A DNA stretch of 64,000 nucleotides from an uncultured Dehalococcoidia bacterium (lineage in GTDB: Bacteria; Chloroflexota; Dehalococcoidia; Lucifugimonadales; UBA826). Below are positions 28,751 to 36,620 of this stretch, piece by piece. The stretch's first letter is position 1, and the number at the start of each line of letters is the position of its first letter. The DNA lies in the NCBI GenBank assembly GCA_964500645.1, contig CAZCOH010000006.1:1492-65491 (forward strand). The letters run 5' to 3'. Below the pieces are notes generated by a model. It did not search any database. It saw only the letters and a program-made list of their open reading frames with translations, and had not been told where the DNA came from. The position numbers and the translations under genes are program-made.

Positions 28751-31700
28751 TTGGGTTATTTTACATTTGATACAGATATAAAAAAACGAAGGTTAGTTGG
28801 CGGCATAGTCATTCTGATTATTTTGGCAGCCTTTCTTTTGCTCAATAGGTTTCCCAAAATAGACACCATTGACGCAGATCTGGCTATAGCCGTGTCTCCT
28901 GGAGCACAGTGTTTCCAGGGGTTTTGTATTGAAGATTTAGAACACCGCCCTTTATTGGAACGCTGGTGGGAATTTTCGCTGGAGTATTTGAAGAACGTTT
29001 CGATAGGAATGTTATTTGCATTTGTGATGGCAGGGCTTACTGAAGCATTTATTTTCCCTCCTGATAGAAGGGAGAGGTTTTTCGGAACCGGATTTAGAGG
29101 AGTACTTAGGGGGGTGGTTATAGGCCCGGTTGTCAATCTTTGTTCTGCCTGTATTGTTCCAATTGCTAATGGCTTTAGAAGAACTGGATCTAGCCTTGAA
29201 ACTACTGTAGCCATAACCCAAAGTTCTTCGACACTGAATTTGTTGGCTTTGGTAATGGCTGCCATTGCGTTTGCCCCAACAATTAGCATAACCAGAATAT
29301 CGTTGAGTGTCATAGGATCTCTTTTTCTTGGCCCTCTTGTTGCCTGGGTATCTCGAAAAGAAAACTCATCTGATACGGGAGATCAACCTTTTGACAACAC
29401 ACTTAACTCAGAATTAAATGAATTACCTGATGAAGTTACATGGAGAGAATCTCTTTATACAGCTTCCCTGCAATTTGTAAGAGCGACTATCGGATATTTC
29501 CTGAGACTAGGTCCACTTATGGTGATTGCTGGGTTTGCTAGTGGGTTTGTCATTCAGTGGATCAGTCCACAAACGGTTACTACCTGGATAGGCGATGATG
29601 TGCTTGGAGTTATAGTCGCATCGACGATAGGGGTATTGATAAATGTGCCGTTGATGTTTGAAATACCTCTCGTAGCGGCTATGTTACTTGCTGGTATGGG
29701 AACGGCTCCAGCGGGGGCTCTTCTTTTTACTGCCGCCGCAGGCGGCCCTATAACCTTTTGGGGACTTTCCAAGGTTATGCCAAAAAGAGGAGTAATAACA
29801 CTTTTTATTTCAACGTGGGGCCTTGGTGTAGTTGGGGGATTGGTGCTACTTTTCGTCACTTCAATTTTAGAAGAAGACAGAAATTTCACTTTTAGAGAGA
29901 ATTATTCAGCGTCCGCGTCTGTCCCAATAGATACAGCGCCTCCGGCGCCCCGGGTGCCAGCCGGAGCTAAACTTGAGCCAATATCGTTCCCAGATGACGA
30001 TGGAGAAGGAGATGTAAAGAATGCTATTGAGAAATCTACAGCGGTAAATCTGGAAATACCAAAAAGTATGATCAAACCGTTCACCAATATATCTGCTTCC
30101 GCAAGCAGTGGACTAGTTCCTCATCTGGAGAATGATCTTCCCGGAGTTGTAATCTTTGATTATGACAGGGATGGTGATCAAGATTTATTTTTCACACAAG
30201 CGGAAGGACATCCTAATCTTTTGTTTGCTAATCTAGGAGACGGGAAATTTTCTGAACAGGCTACATCACTTGGCGTTGATTCTCCTAAAAGTGGTTCAAC
30301 GGGGGCCGTGGCGTGTGATATGGACAATGACGGATTTCAGGATCTCTACGTAGCGTCTCAGGGTAGGATAGGAGACGGTAAAAATTATAAAGACGCTCTC
30401 ACGGATAAAGACTTAAGAGATGTCCATTCGGACAGGATATTCCATAACATTGGTGGCACCAAGTTTGTGGACGTAACGGATGCAGCGGTAGGTGACGAAG
30501 CAAACTTAAGGACTGGATCAAGCGTTGGATGTGCGGATGTTAATAATGATGGACTGGTAGATATCTATGTTGCTAATCGACAGGATATGGATACCTTCCA
30601 TATTGATGAACCGACGAATGGTAATCTAAATGTTTTGTATTTGAATCAAGGCGATATGAAATTCTCGGAGGTTGCATTAGAAGCCAATGTACGTGGTGAT
30701 AAGACCGTGACCTGGGCAGTTTTATTTCATGACTTTGATGATGATCTTGATATGGATCTTTGGACTGCTGAAGATGGCGGCAAATTGCAGGTATATCGTA
30801 ATGACACATCCGGTAACGATTTAAAGTTTGTTCCTGTTGAAAGGGCTATGGGTATTGATAAAGTAGGGTCTTGGATGGGATTTGCTGTAGGGGATTACGA
30901 TCTGGACGAAGATCTGGACGTATTTGTAACTAACATTGGATATCATCCCAAGACGAGACCGCAGCCTTTTGAAGGAAGTAGGGATTGTGCGTTCGTACAA
31001 AGATATGAATGGGGTACCTGTGATCATTTTTTATTGAAAAATAATGGACTCCGTTATGCGCAGTCATTTGGGGTAATAGGGTCATATGTTGATGTTGCGG
31101 CTTCAACAATGGTTTCACCAAGCTCCGTGATTCCGCCTTATTCTCTAGATCCTCTCAGAATTCTTTATGAGTGGCAGGTACCGACCGGCCTAGCGGCGTA
31201 TGATTTTGGATTCGGGACATCTTTTCTGGATATCGAAAATGATGGTGACCAGGACTTGTACTGGCTAGGATCTGCACTTGGACGGGGAGAATCCAGACTT
31301 GGTAAAGCATTTCCTTCTGCTGGGAGGATGCTTAGAAATAAAGGAAATGGAACTTTCGAAGACATCACTGTAGAGACACATCTACTAGCCATTATGGATG
31401 TCGACTATTCAGTAACTAATCCAAGCGATTCCCAATTCGACCGAAATAAACAGAGACTAGATGTCAGATTCCACGAAAACGGAAAAGGATTGGCTGTCGG
31501 AGATATAAATCAAGATGGCTATGTCGATATTGTGGCCACTAATAGTAAGGGAGAATATCAGGGAGAGTCTGGGGAATTAGACATCAAACCCGGCCCGATT
31601 TTCACTTGGATAAACCCAGGTGGGGATCACAATTGGGTGCAATTTAGATTGATAGGAGGGGGCGTAGGGATGACAAATTCAGATGCAATAGGTGCGAAAA

Positions 31701-31927
31701 TTTTTGTCAGTGCTGACCTTAATCTAGACGGGGAATTAACAACCCAAGTGTCAGAGATTACCGCTAGTTCTAGTTTTCTTTCTATGAGTAGTCTTGATCA
31801 ACATTTTGGCTTGGGACTAGCCGAAGAAGTGTCAGAGGTTGTTATTGTTTGGCCTAGCGGGCTTCAACAAACTCTTTACGATCTTCCTGTCAATACGATC
31901 ACAGAAATTAGAGAGCCCTCTAAGTGA
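28751..31927 (+). CDS. Fusion protein: N-terminal ArsP_1/DUF318-type predicted permease plus C-terminal CRTAC1-like FG-GAP/VCBS repeats and UnbV/ASPIC domain
   Basis: The N-terminal 370 aa is polytopic, with NLCSACIVPIANGF and a second half INVPLMFEIPLVAAMLLAGMG. The C-terminus carries at least 7 DxDxDGxxD loops (e.g. DYDRDGDQDLFF, DMDNDGFQDLYV, DINQDGYVDIVA) and NSDAIGAKIFV...SSSFLSMSSLDQHFGLG. The start is TTG. Confidence 0.75.
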   Translation: MGYFTFDTDIKKRRLVGGIVILIILAAFLLLNRFPKIDTIDADLAIAVSPGAQCFQGFCIEDLEHRPLLERWWEFSLEYLKNVSIGMLFAFVMAGLTEAFIFPPDRRERFFGTGFRGVLRGVVIGPVVNLCSACIVPIANGFRRTGSSLETTVAITQSSSTLNLLALVMAAIAFAPTISITRISLSVIGSLFLGPLVAWVSRKENSSDTGDQPFDNTLNSELNELPDEVTWRESLYTASLQFVRATIGYFLRLGPLMVIAGFASGFVIQWISPQTVTTWIGDDVLGVIVASTIGVLINVPLMFEIPLVAAMLLAGMGTAPAGALLFTAAAGGPITFWGLSKVMPKRGVITLFISTWGLGVVGGLVLLFVTSILEEDRNFTFRENYSASASVPIDTAPPAPRVPAGAKLEPISFPDDDGEGDVKNAIEKSTAVNLEIPKSMIKPFTNISASASSGLVPHLENDLPGVVIFDYDRDGDQDLFFTQAEGHPNLLFANLGDGKFSEQATSLGVDSPKSGSTGAVACDMDNDGFQDLYVASQGRIGDGKNYKDALTDKDLRDVHSDRIFHNIGGTKFVDVTDAAVGDEANLRTGSSVGCADVNNDGLVDIYVANRQDMDTFHIDEPTNGNLNVLYLNQGDMKFSEVALEANVRGDKTVTWAVLFHDFDDDLDMDLWTAEDGGKLQVYRNDTSGNDLKFVPVERAMGIDKVGSWMGFAVGDYDLDEDLDVFVTNIGYHPKTRPQPFEGSRDCAFVQRYEWGTCDHFLLKNNGLRYAQSFGVIGSYVDVAASTMVSPSSVIPPYSLDPLRILYEWQVPTGLAAYDFGFGTSFLDIENDGDQDLYWLGSALGRGESRLGKAFPSAGRMLRNKGNGTFEDITVETHLLAIMDVDYSVTNPSDSQFDRNKQRLDVRFHENGKGLAVGDINQDGYVDIVATNSKGEYQGESGELDIKPGPIFTWINPGGDHNWVQFRLIGGGVGMTNSDAIGAKIFVSADLNLDGELTTQVSEITASSSFLSMSSLDQHFGLGLAEEVSEVVIVWPSGLQQTLYDLPVNTITEIREPSK

Positions 31928-32015
31928 CGGAAACAAAGTTTAACGAACAGTTATTATTCTGGAAATATTAATACTAATTTTATATCTCTAGAAACTACGA
32001 TATATACGTATAATC

Positions 32016-33191
32016 CTACGCGTATGGGTCCGCTGCATCTCTCAAGCCATCTCCCATAAAGTTCATACACAATATAGAAACCAGGACAAACAATCCAGGT
32101 ATCATTAACCAGCCTGCTTTTGCTACCGCTTGTAACGTTTGTGCTTCGAACAACAGTACTCCCCAGCTTATTGCAGGGGGCCTGATGCCTAGTCCAAGGA
32201 AACTAAGAGCGGTTTCTGAAAGTATGATGGCAGGGATCGCTAAAGTTGTGGAAGCTATGATATGGCTGTAGAAAGAGGGAAGCATCTGCCTAAATATGAT
32301 CCTTATTTCACTACTGCCATACAGTCTCGACGCAACTACAAAATCTTCTTCTCTCATGGACAAAAATCGGCCTCTGACTTCTCTGGCGAGCCTGGTCCAT
32401 TCTATTAGAGATATGATTATTGTTATTGCAAAGTATATTTTCAATACTCCCCAGTCGGCCGGTACAGCTGCTGCTAACGCCAACCATAGGGGTATGGTAG
32501 GGATCGCACGCAGAAATTCGATTATCCTTTGTATAATCAGGTCGGTCATACCTCCCCGAAGGCCAGAAAGACCTCCAAGTAGAATGCCCAAGAACATCAT
32601 CAAAACCACGGCAACTAGTCCGATGGACATTGAGACTCTGGTTCCGTACATAATACGGGACCAGACATCCCTTCCCATTCGGTCTGAGCCGAAGATATAT
32701 AGTGGTATGGGATCTTTTTTCCCAACCTCGTAATCGAGACCAAACAAGTGAGTGTTTGATGAAATCAATCCAAACCATTTGTATTCGTGTCCATCAGTGA
32801 AGTATTTGATGGTACGTTTTACTTCTTTGTCAGCCTTCCATTCCATTGCCCTTGTTTCCAGGTTGCGTTCTCCCTTAAGGCCATAGACATAAGGTAACTG
32901 GGGCTTCCAACCATCAAAGAAATGTATTCCTTGCGGCGGTATATAGGCTCTTGTAGATTCTTCTGACCTGGGTTCGTGTACTGACAAAAATTCAGGCATC
33001 AGACAAATCAGGTAGAAGAACACAACCACAGAAGTCGCGATGAGTGCTAACTTATGTCGTCTAAACCTCCACCACATTAATTGCCATTGACCGGCGACAA
33101 ACAATTCCGATTCTTCTAGATTGGTAGGAGTAGGACGAGCTTCCTCAAGACTGTCTGCTAATGATGACAGTGGTTTTTGGTCTTCTGACAT
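32016..33191 (-). CDS. ABC transporter permease (Dpp/Opp C-type)
   Basis: BPD_transp_1 core with GTRVSMSIGLVAVVL and SRLYGSSEIRIIFRQMLP. ATG 33191 (MSEDQKP) lies 1 nt after the upstream stop. The track start 33230 overlaps the upstream gene. Confidence 0.85.
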   Translation of the reverse strand: MSEDQKPLSSLADSLEEARPTPTNLEESELFVAGQWQLMWWRFRRHKLALIATSVVVFFYLICLMPEFLSVHEPRSEESTRAYIPPQGIHFFDGWKPQLPYVYGLKGERNLETRAMEWKADKEVKRTIKYFTDGHEYKWFGLISSNTHLFGLDYEVGKKDPIPLYIFGSDRMGRDVWSRIMYGTRVSMSIGLVAVVLMMFLGILLGGLSGLRGGMTDLIIQRIIEFLRAIPTIPLWLALAAAVPADWGVLKIYFAITIIISLIEWTRLAREVRGRFLSMREEDFVVASRLYGSSEIRIIFRQMLPSFYSHIIASTTLAIPAIILSETALSFLGLGIRPPAISWGVLLFEAQTLQAVAKAGWLMIPGLFVLVSILCMNFMGDGLRDAADPYA

Positions 33192-33192
33192 A

Positions 33193-34179
33193 TTAGCCCC
33201 CCATCCTGATTCTAGGGTCCATGAGGGCAAGTATGATGTCAGAAATTAAGACTCCTAGAAGCGTTAACACCGTGAGTATCATAACGATAGAACCCGCCAT
33301 GTACATGTCCTGTGATAGAAGAGCTCTGAGTAGTAATGGTCCTAAAGTAGGAAGACTCATTACTGTTGCGACTATGAGGCTACCTGATATCAACCTTGGT
33401 AGTTCAAGCCCTGCGGAACTGACAAACGGGTTGAGGGCCAACCTAACAGGATATTTCAGTAGAACCTTCCATTCCGGCAAACCTTTAGCTCTGGCAGTTT
33501 CAACGTATGGTCTCGACAATTCATCAAGAAGATTAGCTCTCACAATTCTTGTGAAGCGAGCCGCTCCGTCTGTGCCGAGTATAATCATCGGCACCCAAAT
33601 GTGTTTCAACATGTCTATGAATTTTCCGAATGACCAGCCTTGATCCATGTATTCTGATGAGAAAAGTCCAGTAATTCTCCATCCGAACCAGTCATAAACA
33701 AAAAACATTATAACCAGGGCAAGTAGGAAATTCGGTGTGCCAACCCCAAAATATGATAGTACGGTGAAAAAATAGTCAATGAAGGAATATTGTTTCCAGG
33801 CGGAGATTATGCCTATTGGGATCGCCATAGTCCATGTGAATACAATGGTGAACAATCCAAGGGCCAACGTCATAGCTAATCTATCATTAACCAGATCAGT
33901 AACAGGCCTGCGGAATTCAATGGAAAGACCTAGATCCCAGGTAAAGAATCCACTAGCCCATTTGTAATATTGAACGTATATGGGCTGATCAAGACCATAT
34001 CGTTTTTTGAGTGCCAGTATTTCGGATTCGTCAACCATCTCTCCGGCTGACGCGAGTTGGGCGATATAGTCGGTTAAAAAGTCTCCAGGTGGCGCCTGGA
34101 TAATGGCAAATGACACTATCGACATTACGAATAGCATCGGTATAAAAAGACCTAACCTGCGTACTAAAAATTGAAGCAT
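33193..34179 (-). CDS. ABC transporter permease (Dpp/Opp B-type)
   Basis: N-terminal MLQFLVRRLGLFIPMLFV..SFAII and YVETARAKGLPEWKVLLKY. Confidence 0.85.
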   Translation of the reverse strand: MLQFLVRRLGLFIPMLFVMSIVSFAIIQAPPGDFLTDYIAQLASAGEMVDESEILALKKRYGLDQPIYVQYYKWASGFFTWDLGLSIEFRRPVTDLVNDRLAMTLALGLFTIVFTWTMAIPIGIISAWKQYSFIDYFFTVLSYFGVGTPNFLLALVIMFFVYDWFGWRITGLFSSEYMDQGWSFGKFIDMLKHIWVPMIILGTDGAARFTRIVRANLLDELSRPYVETARAKGLPEWKVLLKYPVRLALNPFVSSAGLELPRLISGSLIVATVMSLPTLGPLLLRALLSQDMYMAGSIVMILTVLTLLGVLISDIILALMDPRIRMGG

Positions 34180-34262
34180 ATGTTATTTGCCACTTCTTAT
34201 ACCTTGAAAAATTAAAGGCTCTGAAGTTTATTCTACAAAAAACCCCAAGGCCAAAAAATTAC

Positions 34263-34304
34263 TACCAGTCGACCCCCCCCCTGTAAGAGGGGAGCCAACT
34301 GGTA
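34263..34304 (-). other. Intercistronic stem-loop after the SBP gene; contains a C9 tract
   Basis: Outer stem TACCAGT/ACTGGTA (7 bp), inner CCCC/GGGG pairing, and a C run at 34273-34281. Confidence 0.4.
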
Positions 34305-34328
34305 GGTCTTAATGTGACTGGGTGTGGT

Positions 34329-36470
34329 TTACTTGCTAAAGTACCACTGCTCTGGGAAGCCTGTGTTAGGCGTTCTTAGAGGCCAGTCATTTCCAGCTTT
34401 GTCAGGAACGTTGTTAAGGTTACTGTTTTTCACAATTACACCCTGGACCATAGGACTAAGTCCAACGATACCAATAGCGTATTGCTCCTGAACAAGCTCT
34501 GTATATAGTTCTCGAGCTAGAGCATCTGCCTCTTCTTTCGGAAGAGTTGCACCTAAGTTGTGCTTCATGCTCCATTCGTAGTGACCTCCCAGGCCGACCG
34601 AGTATGGGTCTAGACCTGATTCACCGCCAGTTCGTACCCACTCGCAAACGAGGGGAGCGGGGTAGCAGTCCGGATGTCCGAGGGCTACAGTTCTCTTAGT
34701 TGTGCTAGTGAATGTCCAGCCAGAAGTGTCTTCATTCCAGACAAACACTGCTAGTTCGTTAGCAGCTTTCTTGGAGAACACAAGACTTCTGGTCATTACC
34801 TGTAAGTCTGTACCAAGTCCAACGTCGTTCCAATATCCTGATACCTGCTCAGCAATGTCTGGCCAAGGACCAAACGCAGCAGTCACCCCAATTGTGATGA
34901 CAATCTTCTCTCCGTTGAGGGTCCTGTATCCGTCTCCGTCCTTGTCTGGTAGCACGCTGTCTAGCAATGCATTGGCTGCATCCACGTCTTGTGCGACCCT
35001 GAGCTGGGCGATTGCATCACCAGGATAGTGATCGTGGCCAGGTCCAGGTACTCCTTGCCGTGGTATGCCTAGTCCAAGGAAGCTTATGTCATTAATTGCG
35101 TCTCTATCGATAGCAAGAGACATAGCTTGTCGTACTTCAGCGATTCTAAGAGCTTCTCCTGTTACACCGGGGTAGCTCATGTTGGGCCAGAATGCTACGT
35201 CAGCTCCATTAGATGATTCCCAGGTTATGAGGTCATATCCACCTTTTTCCTCGCCTTCTTTTAAGACGGGGTAGTCAGGTAACTGGATGTGTCGACCCTG
35301 GAAGTCAATTTCACCCTGGAGGGCTTTTAATCCCCCGACTGATGGGCTTTCAACAAGTGTATAAGTGTGTGCATCTATGTAAGGAAGCTGATTACCGTCT
35401 GGGTCTACTGCCCAGAAGTATGGGTTCCTTTCAGCTCTCACAACAGCGTCACCTAACACAGATTCAAAGTGCCATGGTGTGATTGCAGGCTTGTCCGGGT
35501 TGTTGTTGTAAGACGCTTTGTCGTCATATAACTGCAACCAGTCATCGAAACCTTCGGACTTTGCAAGTTCACCCACATTAGGGTTGGTGTCGATGTGGAA
35601 TTGCCTCATGTAATGCTCAGGTGCAAACGTTGTATTTCTAGTAGAGCCGTAGCAGGCTTCGTCAGCCTGAGCAACTGTTTCTAGGAATAGATAGTTTGGA
35701 TTCGGAAAGATGAACTTGATTGTCGTATCGTCCACCTTAGCCATAGAGCCGAACCCGTCTCCGCTCGCGAGGAATGGAGGTGGGCCTGCTGTCAGGTCTG
35801 TATTCATGATGACGTCATTGTATTGCCACATGAAGTCATCAGCGTTGAAGTCATCACCATCGGACCACTTCATGCCTTCCCTGAGGAAGAATGTCCATTC
35901 ACTTCCATCGTCGTTAACTTCCCATCCTCTGGCAACAGACGGAACGAACGAGAATCCATCCGTAGCGTACCTGACCAGAGAAGCCCTAGAAAGCCTGAAG
36001 AAGTTACATCCGTCAGCTGGGCCGATGTAGAAACGTCGGAGTGTTCCTCCATAGCTTCCAGTTTGACCAAACGTTGGTATCACCATAGGCTGCTCGGGTA
36101 ACCTCTCTTCAACAGGAGGAAGAACTCCACCCTGGACGAGCTGTGTCAATTGAGGAGCTTCGCCATACGAGGAGAAAACCTTCTCTACTTCAACTACAAC
36201 AGGTACTTCAACGACCCTATCTACGGGTACTTGAACCTGCTCAATTTTAATTACTTCTTTCTCGACTACGACCTCTTTGACGACTTCAATTACTTCGCCT
36301 TTTTCGGTCACAATCTTTTCGACAACCTTCTCTACTGGGACTTCTTTTACAACTTCTTTCTCGACCACAACTTCCTTTTCGACCGTTACTATCTCGGTCT
36401 CTCCGGAACATGCGACGAAAAAGGCTCCCAGGAAGATAGCCAAGACTATGGACATCAATCCTTTTCGCAT
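34329..36470 (-). CDS. ABC transporter substrate-binding lipoprotein (family 5, peptide/nickel type) with a long repetitive linker
   Basis: MRKGLMSIVLAIFLGAFFVAC has a lipobox-like signal, and AGGAG lies 9 nt upstream of ATG 36470. An EKEVV-rich linker of about 80 aa follows, then an SBP_bac_5-like body. The track start 36506 is probably too long. Confidence 0.85.
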   Translation of the reverse strand: MRKGLMSIVLAIFLGAFFVACSGETEIVTVEKEVVVEKEVVKEVPVEKVVEKIVTEKGEVIEVVKEVVVEKEVIKIEQVQVPVDRVVEVPVVVEVEKVFSSYGEAPQLTQLVQGGVLPPVEERLPEQPMVIPTFGQTGSYGGTLRRFYIGPADGCNFFRLSRASLVRYATDGFSFVPSVARGWEVNDDGSEWTFFLREGMKWSDGDDFNADDFMWQYNDVIMNTDLTAGPPPFLASGDGFGSMAKVDDTTIKFIFPNPNYLFLETVAQADEACYGSTRNTTFAPEHYMRQFHIDTNPNVGELAKSEGFDDWLQLYDDKASYNNNPDKPAITPWHFESVLGDAVVRAERNPYFWAVDPDGNQLPYIDAHTYTLVESPSVGGLKALQGEIDFQGRHIQLPDYPVLKEGEEKGGYDLITWESSNGADVAFWPNMSYPGVTGEALRIAEVRQAMSLAIDRDAINDISFLGLGIPRQGVPGPGHDHYPGDAIAQLRVAQDVDAANALLDSVLPDKDGDGYRTLNGEKIVITIGVTAAFGPWPDIAEQVSGYWNDVGLGTDLQVMTRSLVFSKKAANELAVFVWNEDTSGWTFTSTTKRTVALGHPDCYPAPLVCEWVRTGGESGLDPYSVGLGGHYEWSMKHNLGATLPKEEADALARELYTELVQEQYAIGIVGLSPMVQGVIVKNSNLNNVPDKAGNDWPLRTPNTGFPEQWYFSK
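36161..36401 (-). repeat. Low-complexity coding repeat (V/E/K heptad-like EKEVVVEKEVVKEV...) forming the SBP tether
   Basis: ETEIVTVEKEVVVEKEVVKEVPVEKVVEKIVTEKGEVIEVVKEVVVEKEVIKIEQVQVPVDRVVEVPVVVEVEK. Confidence 0.7.
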
Positions 36471-36620
36471 ACAATTTCTCCTCATATTAAACGGCTTTAA
36501 CGCCACATTGCATGGCGCATTGGATGGGGATGTTAAAGAATTATGATTGAATATGTCAATAGGGAAGTTTAATTACCGACATAAAAATCATTACTTTAGT
36601 CAGGATTTTATAATCAACAA

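Noticed and set aside
28756-29313. A 185-aa antisense ORF, and many similar 60-160-aa ORFs in the track (e.g. 11400..11837, 41772..42212, 49165..49641, 32296..32733, 32311..32778, 22559..22870)
   Set aside because: Each lies entirely inside a longer ORF that has clear family motifs. They have odd composition (Ser/Pro/Arg-rich or low complexity) and no SD, so they are shadow ORFs.
28530-32015. Insertion-element signature (terminal inverted repeats or target-site duplication) flanking the antisense permease-CRTAC1 gene
   Set aside because: Only a 7-nt ATCGTAG match was found between the two flanks, and there is no transposase or integrase. A mobile-element call is not supportable.
36501-36517. 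An inverted repeat CGCCA-cattgca-TGGCG near the SBP start
   Set aside because: It has 5-bp arms only. It also lies within the alternative long N-terminal extension of the SBP ORF, so it is too weak to call an operator.
36150-36546. Three plus-strand ORFs (36150..36500, 36277..36546, 35823..36101) opposite the SBP gene
   Set aside because: They are generated by the complement of the EKEVV repeat DNA. Their low-complexity F/N/Y/D or T/S/F translations are not credible proteins.
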